The translations under genes were made by a program, and so were the position numbers. Below the pieces are notes generated by a model. It saw nothing but the letters and a program-made list of their open reading frames with translations. It searched no databases and was not told where the DNA came from. Below, one piece after another: positions 1-14,141 of a DNA stretch of 64,000 nucleotides. The stretch covers positions 5,642,001-5,706,000 of the forward strand of contig NC_134035.1 of the NCBI RefSeq assembly GCF_964204645.1, read 5' to 3'. Position 1 is the first letter of the stretch. Each line of letters begins with the position of its first letter. Source of the stretch: Tubulanus polymorphus. Its lineage: Eukaryota > Animalia > Nemertea.

Positions 1-1458
1 ACTTCTCCATTTAAATGCTTCAACTTCTCCATCTAAATGCTTCAACTTCTCCATCTAAATGCTTTAACTTCTCCATTTAAATGCTTCAACTTCTCCATCT
101 AAATGCGTCAACTTCTCCATTTGAATGCTTCAACTTCTCCATCTAAATGCGTCAACTTCTCCATCTAAATGCTTCAACTTCTCCATCTAAATGCTTTAAC
201 TTCTCCATTTAAATGCTTCAACTTCTCCATCTAAATGCGTCAACTTCTCCATTTAAATGCTTCAACTTCTCCATTTAACTGCTTCAACTTCTCCATCTAA
301 ATGCTTCAACTTCTCCATCTAAATGCTTTAACTTCTCCATTTAAATGCTTCAACTTCTCCATCTAAATGCTTTAACTTCTCCATTTAAATTCTTCAACTT
401 CTCCATCTAAATGCTTTAACTTCTCCATCTAAATGCTTCAACTTCTCCATTTAAATGCTTCAACTTCTCCATCTAAATGCGTCAACTTCTCCATTTAAAT
501 GCTTCAACTTCTCCATTTAAATGCTTCAACTTCTCCATCTAAATGCTTCAACTTCTCCATCTAAATGCTTTAACTTCTCCATTTAAATGCTTCAACTTCT
601 CCATCTAAATGCTTTAACTTCTCCATTTAAATGCTTCAACTTCTCCATCTAAATGCTTTAACTTCTCCATTTAAATGCTCCAACTTCTCCATTTAAATGC
701 TTTAACTTCTCCATTTAAATGCTTCAACTTCTCCATTTAAATGCTTCAACTTCTCCATCTAAATGCTTTAACTTCTCCATTTAAATGCTTCAACTTCTCC
801 AACTAAATGCTTCAACTTCGCCATTCAAATGCTTCAACTTCTCCATTTAAATGCTTCAACTTCTCCATTCAAATGCTTCAACTTCTCCATCTAAATGCTT
901 AAACTTCTCTATTTAAATGCTTCAACTTCTCCATCTAAATGCTTTAACTTCTCCATTTAAATGCTTCAACTTCTCCATCTAAATGCTTAAACTTCTCTAT
1001 TTAAATGCTTCAACTTCTCCATCTAAATGCTTTAACTTCTCCAATTAAATGCTTCAACTTCTCCATCTAAATGCTTTAACTTCTATATTTAAATGCTTCA
1101 ACTTCTCCATCTAAATGCTTTAACTTCTCCATTTAAATGCTTTAACTTCTCCATCTAAATGCTTAAACTTCTCTATTTAAATGCTTCAACTTCTCCATCT
1201 AAATGCTTTAACTTCTCCATTTAAATGCTTCAACTTCTCCAACTAAATGCTTCAACTTCTCCATCTAAATGCTTCAACTTCTCCAATTAAATGCTTCAAC
1301 TTCTCCATTCAAATGCTTCAATTTCTCCATCTAAATGCTTCAACTTCTCCAATTAAATGCTTCAACTTCTCCAATTAAATGCTTTAACTTCTCAAATTAA
1401 ATGCTTCAATTTGTCCATTTAAATCCTTCAACTTCTCCATTTAAAATGCTTCCACTTA
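1..1458. repeat. 22-bp tandem satellite (consensus ACTTCTCCATYTAAATGCTTYA), about 66 copies, runs off the window start
   Basis: Period of 22 read directly (unit restarts at 1, 23, 45...). Variants TTT/TCT and TTCA/TTTA often alternate. The array degenerates after about 1320. Unit length is not a multiple of 3 and the ORF track shows no ORF here. Confidence 0.97.
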
Positions 1459-1894
1459 TAACATTATAATGATCGGGTATTGTTCTATCCAAATCCACTA
1501 CGATTTCTCTGGATTTTCAAGTTTCAATAAGTATAAAACCTTAAAGATCAGGTGTAGCCTATTCATAGAAATTCTTATCATGAAGATCTCGGTCGATAGA
1601 TAACTAACTCACCCATATACCAGTAATAAATATTAATTATGACACGATACGTATAATACTGCCATTCTTCCCATGTTGTATCAAAATCCGTAAAAATATC
1701 AGTTAGAATCTATACACAACGCGTTCAATTACTAGCATTATATACCCGCGCTAAATCACTACCAACTCACAAAATTGGCAGAACTTTCAAATTGAATCAA
1801 ACCTTCAATTAAACCTTCACATATGACTGTAATTATAACCGTTGCTCTGTCCATGGTTAAATAGACAAACTTTGAGAGGACGTTGAACAGTTAT

Positions 1895-2173
1895 CAGGCC
1901 CGTGCCGAGCGGGGGTTCGTTGGTAGCGAACGAACCCCCTCAAAGCCAGTGTAAAAAGATTTGGGTAAAGATTTTGCGAAATTTGGATACATTTTTCTCG
2001 TTTTTTTTCTCCGAAAATGAAAAGTAATCCATTCTGAAATGATTTATTCAGGTCCCGGCCACTTCATATTTCAGATGTGTCATTTTTCAATAGGAAAGTG
2101 CCCCTTTTCGAAGTAATAAAGTGCCCCTTTTCCTGAAATAGAACTGCCCCTCAAAAAGCGCGGCACGGGCCTG
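1895..2173. mobile_element. MITE with 13-bp perfect TIRs (CAGG...CCTG ends, hAT-like)
   Basis: CAGGCCCGTGCCG at 1895-1907 and CGGCACGGGCCTG at 2161-2173. No clear TSD. Confidence 0.7.
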
Positions 2174-3536
2174 GATATATTTGAACTTGAACTTGATGTC
2201 AGATATAAATATAAGCATTGTCCCTCATATTCGTTAGGATTTGATTCGGTTTCGTATCCCTTACAAACCTACCATACCTGCCGAGAACGAATCAGGGGGT
2301 TAGATTTTGAAGTCAGTATAAACAGTTGTGTGATCGGCGGTCGAATTTACAGAATTTCTCGTTCAAATCCAAAGAGTCAACGTCGTGTATAATCGGAAAT
2401 TTCGGTTCGGATTCGTGTAAACAATCTTCCGTCGAGTCTGAACCTGCCAGCGACTGATTGCGGTTTATTTTTTCAATGTTCAGCGTATTGAAGGAAGTAC
2501 GCAAACTGATATTGAGTTGCCCAATCGACATGGACTGTTTTGTCATGCAAAAACCGCCCGGAAATTAAACCTGCACTTGTCCGTATATCATCAACTGGGA
2601 ATGAATGATATATTCCACCGGTCTGTTAATACACGGTGTATAGCATGGCGCGCTCACGGGGTCTTATAGAATATATACCCGGCGAGCGATAAAAACTACA
2701 TCAGAAATGCAGTGGCGGTTCCAGGAGAGAGGGGGCGCGTGGCTCACTTTTTTCAGCCGAGTTACCTTGGAATTTGGGGAAATTTTGAGCACATTTCGCC
2801 CCTAATCATAACCATGAAAATGCTCAGAATGCACCTTGATGCCAGATTTTCTGGAGAGGAAACCCCCAAACCCTTTTGTGCTGATGTGCACCCCCTCTTC
2901 CCAAAAGCTAGATACACCCCTGAACGGTTGCCACAATCGAAGGAATCTGTAAATAGTCAAATCTATAAAATTCTCAATAAACGTGTGGAGCATCATTTCT
3001 ATATCATTCAATTCAATTTAGGTTAATTTTCACCATATTTTTGAGCACAGATTATTGAATATACTTTAGTGAACATATATATTTTTGTACCAGGCGGCCG
3101 AAAAGAAGGAACCTGGGCCAAAGGGCTATGTTCATACATTCATATAAGAAATACGTTTGTAAAGGACGTTGACCGCATCATTATCGAATAGTAAACAGGG
3201 AATTAGTGAATGGAAAGCAGTTTGCTAGCTTCTTCTATATTGTCGTTACTTGTACGTATCCGTATTAAAAAGTGCGTATAGAATGAGTATGTACTTGGTC
3301 GCCTATAAATAAACCCTGATAAGTATTTGCGTCAAAAAGAAGCTGTATTCATTATAGACATTGATGATCACCCACCAGAGCGACCGATTTCCAATCTAGC
3401 ATTGACTATAATTCCGTTCGGATTCTATATTCTATATTTTCAGTACTCTCTTTTCTGTTGTGGTTTCCATATTTCAATACATTTCGTTGGATGGAAATTT
3501 TAGCGCGGGACTTCTCCATTTTCACCCATCGATAAC

Positions 3537-3702
3537 AGAGAATCCCACAATAACAGAAATGTGAAGTCTGGAAATGTTTCCTTGAGCGTTTCCTTCATTC
3601 AACGTTTCTACTATATCCTAGAAATAGTCATCGTCAGGAACACTTGGAATAAACTACTAGAGCTCGTGGAAACATTTTTCGTTACTATTGGGGATTCTCA
3701 TC
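3537..3702 (-). mobile_element. Penelope-like-derived short repeat with a degenerate hammerhead core
   Basis: Ends AGAGAATCCCACAATA ... TATTGGGGATTCT as in the 54178-54389 copy. Minus strand reads TTC-CTGACGA-T-GACTA..TAGTA-GAAA-CGT-T-GAA. Confidence 0.55.
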
Positions 3703-6700
3703 TTGATATTACTTTTTCATTTATCTACACTTGATACGGATGAGAGTCAGTTTTAATTCGACTAATCTATTCACGAAAATCTCGACTCCATATTCCGCGT
3801 CATATTCTGATGAGAACGGCGGGCATCAGCAGAGTCCCATCACAGTTATCTCTTCTATATTCTCTATATACAGTCTCGTAATTGCAGTTATGCATATACA
3901 TACACTTCAAAGCTATCTCGGGTCGACGCCGGGTCGTTATAGAGTGAGTTTGTTAACACTTCTATCCGTCTCTGAGAGATAGAGTCCCTTTCATCAACCG
4001 AGTTTCAGTATACAGAACGCGCGCCGGGGTCCACACCGGAGGCGATGGAACGATGTTGATCGTGATGACACGAGTTCGGAAACGTCGTTAACTCATCGCC
4101 TGCCGATCTAAACGACATTCCATATATATCTATAATATGTCGACAAATTATCCTCCTCCCTACACGAGATCCGATTTACGAGCGCAACATATCATTACGG
4201 CATATATAGAAAAGCGCTTCGAGGAAAAAAAACGACGACAAGATCGAAGGTTCCGGACCGCTAAATAACCTTGGATATGTACGTGACTTCCCCTAGTAAA
4301 GAGGCGTTATACACCGGTGATTTAGAGGATGTTAGTCGTATAGAGAGTATGGCGGTATATCGGGGTTATTGATTCCCACTAGTTCCATGGCGGTTTAGGG
4401 GTAGGGTCTGAAACACGGCCCCGGCCACGGCCGCACACGTCTATAACACAGCCCCGGTCCTATTTACGATAATACAAAATGCTAGAATTGTAAATACTCA
4501 TACTTTTGCGAGTAAATGTATCGGTTAGAATTCTATTTGAATTTACTTTGCACAGTTCGGTGAATCAACTTGCCGTCATTTTAACACTGAACACCGTACC
4601 GTGCTCCAGTGTTGTAATGTGACAACTCTCCAAGCAATGAACACGGAAAGAGTACAGCTAGGGATAAGTTGATTTTTGTATGTGTGAGAGAGTGCATGGA
4701 AGTGTGAATTAACCCTTTTCTTCTCTTCTTCTAATGTAACATTTCTTTTTTGGGAGGTAGATCCTACGAGCTATGCTTTTTTATATCTTCTCCTCTGATA
4801 AATCATGTAAGTTTATACGTAATTTGTGCAAAAAACATCATAATTTATAATAGATAGTATATTATTTGCTATAAATTGCTATGATTTTCAGAAAATGGAC
4901 AAACAAACAATTATAGTGTTCATTTTATCTCACAATGATCAACTGTAGATACATGATATTCAACAACAAAAAAACAGGCAACAAAACATACTCTCACCCA
5001 AATTAGAATCACCAGTCGAAGGAGGTAAATAACTCACTTTCCACAAAGTAAATTATCCATACGAGCTTTTCGGGTATTGTGTGGGTGATACATTTAAGGG
5101 AGTGGTCTCGGGGCCCAGATTCCTGCCTTCCCACTGATATTATAGCCACTACATAAACAAACTCATACTGACTAAATGTATTATTTTATCAAAATTTAAT
5201 AATAGCTCCTCGCAAAGCAAAAGGGTAGATAGATAGGCATCTGGTTTGGGCCAAAATGAGTCGATTTATGGCGGTATATCAGGGGTTGATTTCAACTAGT
5301 TCCATAACAAAATACAGATTTATAGTTTTCTGGTGTTATAGGCAGGGCTGGCGTTTTGTCAGTATCTGGTAGTATATCAGTATAGAGCGGTATATCAGCA
5401 CAGGGCGTTCTATCATCAGAAGCGGATTTGAGGGCTGGTCTTGGGGTCCAGACATTGGGGTTGCCGTTTGCGCCAGTTCAAAGATCCTTAAACCTGCAAA
5501 TATAATCATCCTTTCGGATATTGCACATTTTCAGATTTATTTCTTAAGGTATATTTACAACCAAAGTAGTAGCAAATGACATGGCTGCTCTATCTGAAAA
5601 AAATGCCTTTTCTTTTCCCTTAGACCCCTGCCTCCAATTTTTCCTGTATATCAGTACAGAGCGGTATATCAGTAAAGAGAGGTATATATCAGTATGTGGC
5701 GGTATATCCGAGGTTGACCGGGTGCACTCGTTCAAATTGAATTTACGTATCACGGTGTATTGAGAGCCTCATAGAAAACTTATCATGTCATTTCTCACTA
5801 GCCTCAATTAATGATCGGTAAACGTCAGATTTCCATTAAAGCAGGAATATTGTTTATGCGGCTAATTCCCATAAATCATTCACATTTCTTTGTGTATAAT
5901 GATAAATCGAAGGACGTAAATTATTCTCAGCCGCTTGCCGACGACGGTTCGGGCTGGATGGAAGATTGTTCACCGCGAACCACGACCGAAATTTACAATC
6001 ACGTTCTTCGATTTAAACAGAAAATTCTGTAAATTCGACCGCCGATCACGCAACTACATATCGGTACTTCGATTTCAGATTTCAAAATCTAACCTATTTC
6101 GTTTCCGACAAGACAGTGTGACTGGTGGATTTCTAAGGGGAACGAAATAAGGCAATTTTCTAATTTTGGAGTACGGATCCACCTCCCAGAATTCTGCAGA
6201 AATCATCAAATCAAAAAAAAATCACTTATCCTACGTGTTTTCATCACAATTTTTCAATAAAATAGATATTCTGTCCGTTTTCTTAAAGTTACGTTCGTCT
6301 TAATTTTCAATCCCACGATTTGCAAAAAGTGCACTTTTTCATTTCTCCCATCATTTGAACCAAATTCATCGCAATTTTCACTACTTTTTTTTTTAAATTG
6401 AAAATATTCAAATAAGAAAAAATCATTAAATCATAAAAAGAATTTTCTATCTTTGTTTTTTCCCTTCACCCTCGCACGTTTTTCTTGAAAACATCCGTAC
6501 TCCAAGGAATTAAAAAACGCGCCAACTATGCGTCAAATCATGGACCTATAAAACGAAGCGTTTTGGAAAATAACGATAAAAACAATCAATCAAATAGGTA
6601 ATAGGAAAATTCCCCGTTTCAAGATTCAAAACCGACAAAAACAAAAATGGCGGTTCCTTTCTGTTCGTGTACTCTATGCAGACTATTAGCATCTTTGCGT

Positions 6701-8194
6701 ATATGGAGAATGTGATAACCGCGATGCTATACAGCGGCGGTAATACGACGGGTATACGGGCTGACCGGCACACGATTATCCCCGTATAAGAACATCCATT
6801 AAAGAAGATATCGACTGAGGACGCCGGCAATCGTGCATCACAAATCCTCGATTGCTTGCGTCAACCGAAAAGCGATTATACGCAGCTAAAATAGTCGATG
6901 TTTCCTTTCGTTTTCCGGGTTGATCCTTGATCAGACGCCGGCGCGCGTTTACTGTTACGTTTCTGTTTCTGCCATCATCGATAGCGATCGCAGTAGCATT
7001 GCCGGCTCTCGTCTCATATACAGTGCTTAGATAGATGTAATTTCTTGACACTTGACGACGGTCTCTAGAGAGAGTCCGAAATTTGGTTTTTCATTTTTTT
7101 CTTTCGAGCAAAAAGGAAATCACCAAACCGAGAGCTGCGTCAAAAGGAAAGATGCCTTATGATTAACAAATCTACAGCCCCGATATACCGCCCACATCGG
7201 TGACGGAACGTATTTTGGCGGTATAGAGAGTATGGCGGTTTATCGGGGGTGTTTAACTCTGTATTGAGAGGTACATTGAGCAAATCTGGCGGGGTTGGTA
7301 GTATAGGAGAGGGCGGTATATCGGAGGTTGGCTGTATACTTGTGATTAACAAATTTCGCTTTAAAACCTTAAAATTTTGTATATCTATCTCCACGTCTCC
7401 GAGGTTACGGTTCGACTACTGCATCTACGCCAACATTGTGTCTTGATCCGTGAAACCGTCTTTCAATAAACACCACAAGAAAACTAGCCAGAAAAAACAC
7501 TGTTTCTGTTCGGGTCTTCTGTGCTCTAGGCTTTCACGGCGTATACTTACTTTACCCATTGTTTTCCATCAAGCGACGACGCGCTAACCTTCACCCGATC
7601 GACGTTCGCCGCGTGGAATTCAACTCTGTTCTTTTATACTTTTACATCCTGTTTTGCAGATGAAAGTCGACCGGAAAAACGGCGCCATGATTTAAAGGTA
7701 CGTAAATGTTCGAGATACTTTGCTGATTGAAGCTTGTCGGGGAATATCATTTAAGTCTTGATAAAACCCAGATACGCATCGAGCTCGTATTCTTGGGGCA
7801 CATTATCTTGACGGACGGATCCTTTTCGTCGGTACTGTTCCGCCATGGCAGGCTTTAAAATTGAACAAATCAATGACTTCCAAATATCGTTATAATCTTT
7901 TCGTGGTACAGTATAACTAAAATTGAGCGTGACTACAAAATCTTAGATGATCAACTCAGTAACGAAAACCATTACGAATTTCAGGCATCGTAGACCGAAA
8001 AACGTTATTGAAGACGGTATCCACAAGTCTTCGCACTCTATCGGAAACTCCGTTCCCAAGGTTTTAAGATGTAAGTACATGTTTAGACGAGAAGATACAC
8101 AATATCCGTGTATGATGATGACGCCGAGAGAAATCCCACAATAACGAAGCCAAGATTGAAAAATTCTACATCGGAATGATTATATTTGAGGAGT

Positions 8195-8228
8195 GACGTT
8201 TCGGCTAACAACTGTTAGCCATCATCAG
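8195..8228 (-). ncRNA. Minimal hammerhead-ribozyme-like core (Penelope type)
   Basis: Minus strand: CTGATGA-T-GGCTAACA-GT-TGTTAGCC-GAAA-CGTC, a canonical core with a strong stem II and a GUC triplet. Stem I pairing is poor. A family-like flank AGAGAAATCCCACAATA is at 8127. Confidence 0.5.
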
Positions 8229-11123
8229 GCGTACTGAGAACAAAATCAAATAACAGGATATTTATACTTATTTTTTTGTATAAATATCCTGTTATTTGAT
8301 TTGTTTAGCAACAGAAAAAAGCCAATTATGAGGATATCTAAAAGTAATCCCTACACCTTCCATTTTCACTAGATACACAGGTAGATGGCAGGTAGAGTGT
8401 CGAGTTGTCAATGATGTTATCATTATCATTATACTAAATTTGCGTAGCTCCTTATTCCAATAAGGCTCACAGGGGCAGACCTATATAGCCAAGGTTTCTG
8501 AGTGCTGCTAAACACTGTGGAAGGGCACATATTATATCATAGAAAATATTGGATCATTAGGGCTCTGAGAATCTGTCAATTTGGGGCATCAGATCCTGCT
8601 CTGCGTCCAGAAAATAGGAAATCTTAACCTGTTAAAGAAAAATCATTCATAAGAAAATAAGTTTACCAATTTTCGATTATTCAAATTGGCCACTTAAAAT
8701 AACCTCCACCAGAACTTTCAAACTAGAAGGGCACTTCTACAAACGTAAGTACCGCTCCAGCGGTAGGCTGGATCCGCCCCTGGCCCGCTCTCAAGCGCTG
8801 AATATAGAACCAATTATACACGTTGAATAAAAACAACCACAGACACGCGGCAAATATAAACTAAACTGAAATGTTTTCTTTTAAATATAGAAATGGGTTT
8901 TTAAAGCGCACTCACAATCATTGACACTGCAGCAGGTCTAATGAAATAAAAACTGGAAACACACAAATTGTTCTAGATGAACCGTCATTAGCCTTCCCGT
9001 TGTTAATCACGTTCTCTCCGCGCGTCGGAGCAGCGTTTATCGCCTCCTCTCCCGATGTCGTCCTTGCATGATGATAATCATGTGACAATTGTTATAATAA
9101 CTCATAAATATATATATCCACATATGTATCCGAGCACATAATCTTGCTCCACTGAGATGCTGGATTCTGTTGTACGCAGAGCCGTCTTTTAATCTCTATT
9201 TATTCAGCGCGTCCCTTTTTTAACACAGCATACTATGTCGGGAACGAAACGGGTGGGGCGCTTAGATCACAAATAGAAGTACAAAGACCAAATATATAGA
9301 AGAAGGTCGAATTTATTTACAGAATCTTAGGTTTTGAATCGGAGTACGTAATTGGAAAATTCGGTTCAGCTCAGGTAAATAATCGTTCATTCAGCGACTG
9401 TTGTTGGGTTTATTTATTTAAGTCGGTTGTCTTTGGGGCACGATTACGAATTTAAAGGATTTTTCAGAACGGCTTAGGCGAATTGTTACTGAGAAAACGC
9501 GGGGGACCGAAGAATCCCGTGCGTCTGTGGGTGCCTTAAAAATACTCTACTACGAAAAGATGACGTTTTTTTCTACCTCCTCAAAGCATGGAATAATTCA
9601 GTTAATGATTTGATGAATCGATTGTCAATGGTGTTTACTTCAGTTCGCTGAAATTGCTTCGTCAATACTGTCGCCGTAAAATAGACGATTCTTTTCATCG
9701 TTCAACCAGCTGAGCACCACTTCAGGCATTATAAGCAGCTTGGGGCGAAGGTTCTTACGCTTTATCAAAGGGAAAGGGCCCCGAAACCATCATTCTCGCT
9801 TGCCAGGGTCCGATTGCCACCCGCTACAAACCCTGGCCGCAAATTTGTTATTGGTCTATTACATTCGCCCAGGATTTCTTGGGTGGACGGGTTACCGCTC
9901 GGCGCCACCAGTCTATATATCTAGGTAATAAGATACGTGGTATTTAGAGAGCAAAAGTCGCGCTACGCAGTTAGACTGCTTGCCCGTCTCTACCAACTTC
10001 AGTTAGCTATTCTGACTCTGAATGCAAGTGGCGCAGAATTGGACAGGCGACCAGTCTAACATCGTGCCGGTATAAACGCCTATAATTGGCCATCTTCACC
10101 CTCAAGGGATTCGAACCCACTACGCTAAAGCTGTTCCCCGAACCCCTTGACCTCACGAGTCGTTGGAGTCGTTACTAGCCGACCAGAATCCGGTCGTACC
10201 AATCACAGCGCTTGTAACAAACCGTCAGTAGACTTCTGTTGGTTTTCCCGTTAAATTGACCAATCAGCGAACGTTTTACCGAACAAGGAAGTATTTCGCA
10301 AATCGATATATGATGTCACGCGCAACAGCGCCAGTAATGAAATCACGCTTCGTGAGGCCAGGGGGCTGGTGGAAGCGAATTCGGGAGTGATACCGGACCC
10401 CTGGCAAGCGAGGATGGGCTGGCGCCGAGCGGGAACCCGTCCGCCCAAGAAAAGTTGGACAAGGTAATAGGGTTTGCGACAGCTAGCCAGTACAATCAAA
10501 CCCTGCTAAACGAGAATGCGAAATCATCAGCCAAGAAATGCACTCAGTCACCAGATGCAGGATTCGATCCCATGGACCGCGCCGACAATGACCGGTGGCC
10601 ACTTACTGTACAACCCTCGTGGAGGCTGATGATAGTGACATATTATAGTGACATATATGAAATAGATATCATATTCCTTTTCATTGAACTGTCAATGATA
10701 GCTTGTCGTGAGGAGTGGTTCTTTTTTATGGTTATTTGTTATAATAAACCGACAGCATAAATGCGTTCGCGCACATTTTCCGATCTGGTTTGAGATCAAT
10801 TTCGATATATAATGGTCATTACACGAATATAGCTGCGCGTTCAGCCGTGCACGCTGGTTTCATCTCATTCGTTCATACTAACACCAACACCCGGAGCCAT
10901 CCATTTTACCTCCAACTAAATTATATTACCATTATGAATAATGAGTAATTAATCATTGATTATTGACAGAGGAAAACAACGCGTTTTCTTGGGACATAGT
11001 TCGCCCTCTATGAGCAGCAATCGGAAATGCTGAAACTGCCGTCTAAATATTTGTTATTTAAAAAATAAATAGTATGTTTACAAAACCCGTTGCCAGCATT
11101 TTGAACGGGGCGTCATTATATCA

Positions 11124-14100
11124 CCGAAAAGCATGCTCCGCAGTAATGCGACGCCCAGTCTGGGGGCCTCCCCACAAAACTAATCTATAATACCATTCCC
11201 TAAGATGCATTCTCCGAGCAATCTGGTGAATATTTTCCTAACACTCGAACTTGGAGGTCACTGACATTCGTTACAACGTTTCAATTACTAGTATAGGCCT
11301 TTTTGAAATGTTACCAGAACATATGTCACAATTCAAATCAAAAAAAAAATAATTCCGAAAAAATTATGAAGGGCACTTTCTGAAACGGGGGGGGGGCGTG
11401 AACGGACGAACGCCCCCTGGCAACGGGCCTGGCTTATATATAAAGCATCATGTAAATTTGAATTTTGATGACGTATCAATAATGATTAAAAGCTTTTTTC
11501 TTCATTTTGCAGCTATGTTTTTACGATTGAAATCAGCAGTATTTCAGCAGTCAGATTGTCGTTGGAAGCTGATTATAATTCAGTCTGTATGATGGAAGAT
11601 GAAGAAGTCGAATGGTGCGCCGTGCCACGTGGTTGAATTATCAGCTGGTGTCACTTCGGACGCGCAACGATCGTTCATTTCTACAGCTTGCTCTAAACTG
11701 TGGTACGTCTATATATATCTAGTCATTAGATTCATCTTCAGGGCCCAGTCATGGCTTAGACTCAAGACCAATTTAAGACCAATTTAAGACCGGATTTCCC
11801 CGTGCGTTAGAAATAAAAGAAAACAATGCCAATAAAGGTCACACCATGCTTTCACTATCGAACCAGCGAGAACACTGTTGATCGTAAGCATTAATGTAAT
11901 AGGCCCCATCAGATTTGAACAGAGCGATAAACATCATTGCAGACAAAGGTCACTAGGGGGCAGCAATAGCTCCTCGGGAAGCTAAATCAGAAAATTCTTT
12001 AAACAGAAAATGCCCTTTAGAACTCAAAGTAGGGACAAGGATATCCATATCCTTCGAGATCAACGATAAGATATTTACATATTCTAGGCTATAACGATTA
12101 TCAAAAGTTAGAATGAATTTATAAGAATGGTGACCATTATCGTCTGCTAAATCTATTACCCTTCTACTTCAAATCAACTAAATATCGTCTGCTAAATCTA
12201 TAACCCTTCTACTTCAAATCAACTAAATATCGTCTGCTAAATCTATAACCCTTCTACTTATCAAATGAATATTCTTAAAGTGTACGTTTTCCCTCCGAAT
12301 TTTGCAGGTATTGTTGCAGCCACTGCAATGTGGAACGCTGGGTGCTGAACCCGTACAGTAACCTATACTATTACTGGCTAGCTTTCGTATCGTTCGCCTG
12401 CGTCTACAACATCCTGATGATAATCGTCAGAGCCGTGTTCATCGATCTGCAGGTTCAGTACCACGGTCTCTGGTACAGCATGGATTTCCTGTGCGATGCC
12501 GTCTACCTTTTTGATATGATCGTTCGCTTTAGGACAGGTAGGTGGAACGAGCGGCGCCGAACGATATCATCAAAGGACAGAGGGAAACGTGTGAAATTGA
12601 GATGATGAGATGAAATGGCGCGATGCCTTAAGCCGAAAAGCATGCTCCGCAGTAATGCGACGCCCAGTCTGGGGGCCTCCCCACAAAACTAATCTATAAT
12701 ACCATTCCCTAAGATGCATTCTCCGAGCAATCTGGTGAATATTTTCCTAACACTCGAACTTGGAGGTCACTGACATTCGTTACAACGTTTCAATTACTAG
12801 TATAGGCCTTTTTGAAATGTTACCAGAACATATGTCACAATTCAAATCAAAAAAAAAATAATTCCGAAAAAATTATGAAGGGCACTTTCTGAAACGGGGG
12901 GGGGGCGTGAACGGACGAACGCCCCCTGGCAACGGGCCTGGCTTATATATAAAGCATCATGTAAATTTGAATTTTGATGACGTATCAATAATGATTAAAA
13001 GCTTTTTTCTTCATTTTGCAGCTATGTTTTTACGATTGAAATCAGCAGTATTTCAGCAGTCAGATTGTCGTTGGAAGCTGATTATAATTCAGTCTGTATG
13101 ATGGAAGATGAAGAAGTCGAATGGTGCGCCGTGCCACGTGGTTGAATTATCAGCTGGTGTCACTTCGGACGCGCAACGATCGTTCATTTCTACAGCTTGC
13201 TCTAAACTGTGGTACGTCTATATATATCTAGTCATTAGATTCATCTTCAGGGCCCAGTCATGGCTTAGACTCAAGACCAATTTAAGACCAATTTAAGACC
13301 GGATTTCCCCGTGCGTTAGAAATAAAAGAAAACAATGCCAATAAAGGTCACACCATGCTTTCACTATCGAACCAGCGAGAACACTGTTGATCGTAAGCAT
13401 TAATGTAATAGGCCCCATCAGATTTGAACAGAGCGATAAACATCATTGCAGACAAAGGTCACTAGGGGGCAGCAATAGCTCCTCGGGAAGCTAAATCAGA
13501 AAATTCTTTAAACAGAAAATGCCCTTTAGAACTCAAAGTAGGGACAAGGATATCCATATCCTTCGAGATCAACGATAAGATATTTACATATTCTAGGCTA
13601 TAACGATTATCAAAAGTTAGAATGAATTTATAAGAATGGTGACCATTATCGTCTGCTAAATCTATTACCCTTCTACTTCAAATCAACTAAATATCGTCTG
13701 CTAAATCTATAACCCTTCTACTTCAAATCAACTAAATATCGTCTGCTAAATCTATAACCCTTCTACTTATCAAATGAATATTCTTAAAGTGTACGTTTTC
13801 CCTCCGAATTTTGCAGGTATTGTTGCAGCCACTGCAATGTGGAACGCTGGGTGCTGAACCCGTACAGTAACCTATACTATTACTGGCTAGCTTTCGTATC
13901 GTTCGCCTGCGTCTACAACATCCTGATGATAATCGTCAGAGCCGTGTTCATCGATCTGCAGGTTCAGTACCACGGTCTCTGGTACAGCATGGATTTCCTG
14001 TGCGATGCCGTCTACCTTTTTGATATGATCGTTCGCTTTAGGACAGGTAGGTGGAACGAGCGGCGCCGAACGATATCATCAAAGGACAGAGGGAAACGTG

Positions 14101-14141
14101 TGAAATTGAGATGATGAGATGAAATGGCGCGATGCCTTAAG
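11124..14141 (+). repeat. Tandem duplication of 2 x 1509 bp (11124-12632 / 12633-14141), apparently identical, containing a CNG exon
   Basis: ORFs repeat at +1509 (11398/12907, 11599/13108, 12330/13839). The A10 and G10 homopolymers are the same length in both copies. CCG microhomology at the junctions. Confidence 0.95.

Noticed and set aside
1-1458. CRISPR array or repetitive coding sequence
   Set aside because: No unique spacers, eukaryotic context, 22-bp unit not divisible by 3, and no ORF in the track.
4137-4268. Short ORF MSTNYPPPYTRSDL... as a CNG first exon
   Set aside because: It terminates before any convincing donor and has no recognisable homology.
2240-6150. One large TIR element bounded by inverted homologies at about 2240-2450 and 5930-6150
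   Set aside because: The arms are diverged, with no TSD or transposase; more likely two independent copies of a dispersed repeat.
7660-7697. 38-nt candidate upstream CNG exon (TTTTGCAG|...AAG|GTACGT)
   Set aside because: Good splice signals, but the frame needed to join 12308 contains TAA. It may be UTR or need another exon, so it cannot be supported as CDS.
10095-10125. tRNA genes suggested by GTTCGAATCC-like boxes (also about 10560, 14728, 37320, 38910)
   Set aside because: No complete cloverleaf; better explained as SINE heads or decayed tRNA-like fragments.
11398-11787. Duplicated short ORFs (64 and 62 aa) as genes
   Set aside because: Non-coding/MITE-derived sequence, repeated only because of the 1509-bp duplication.
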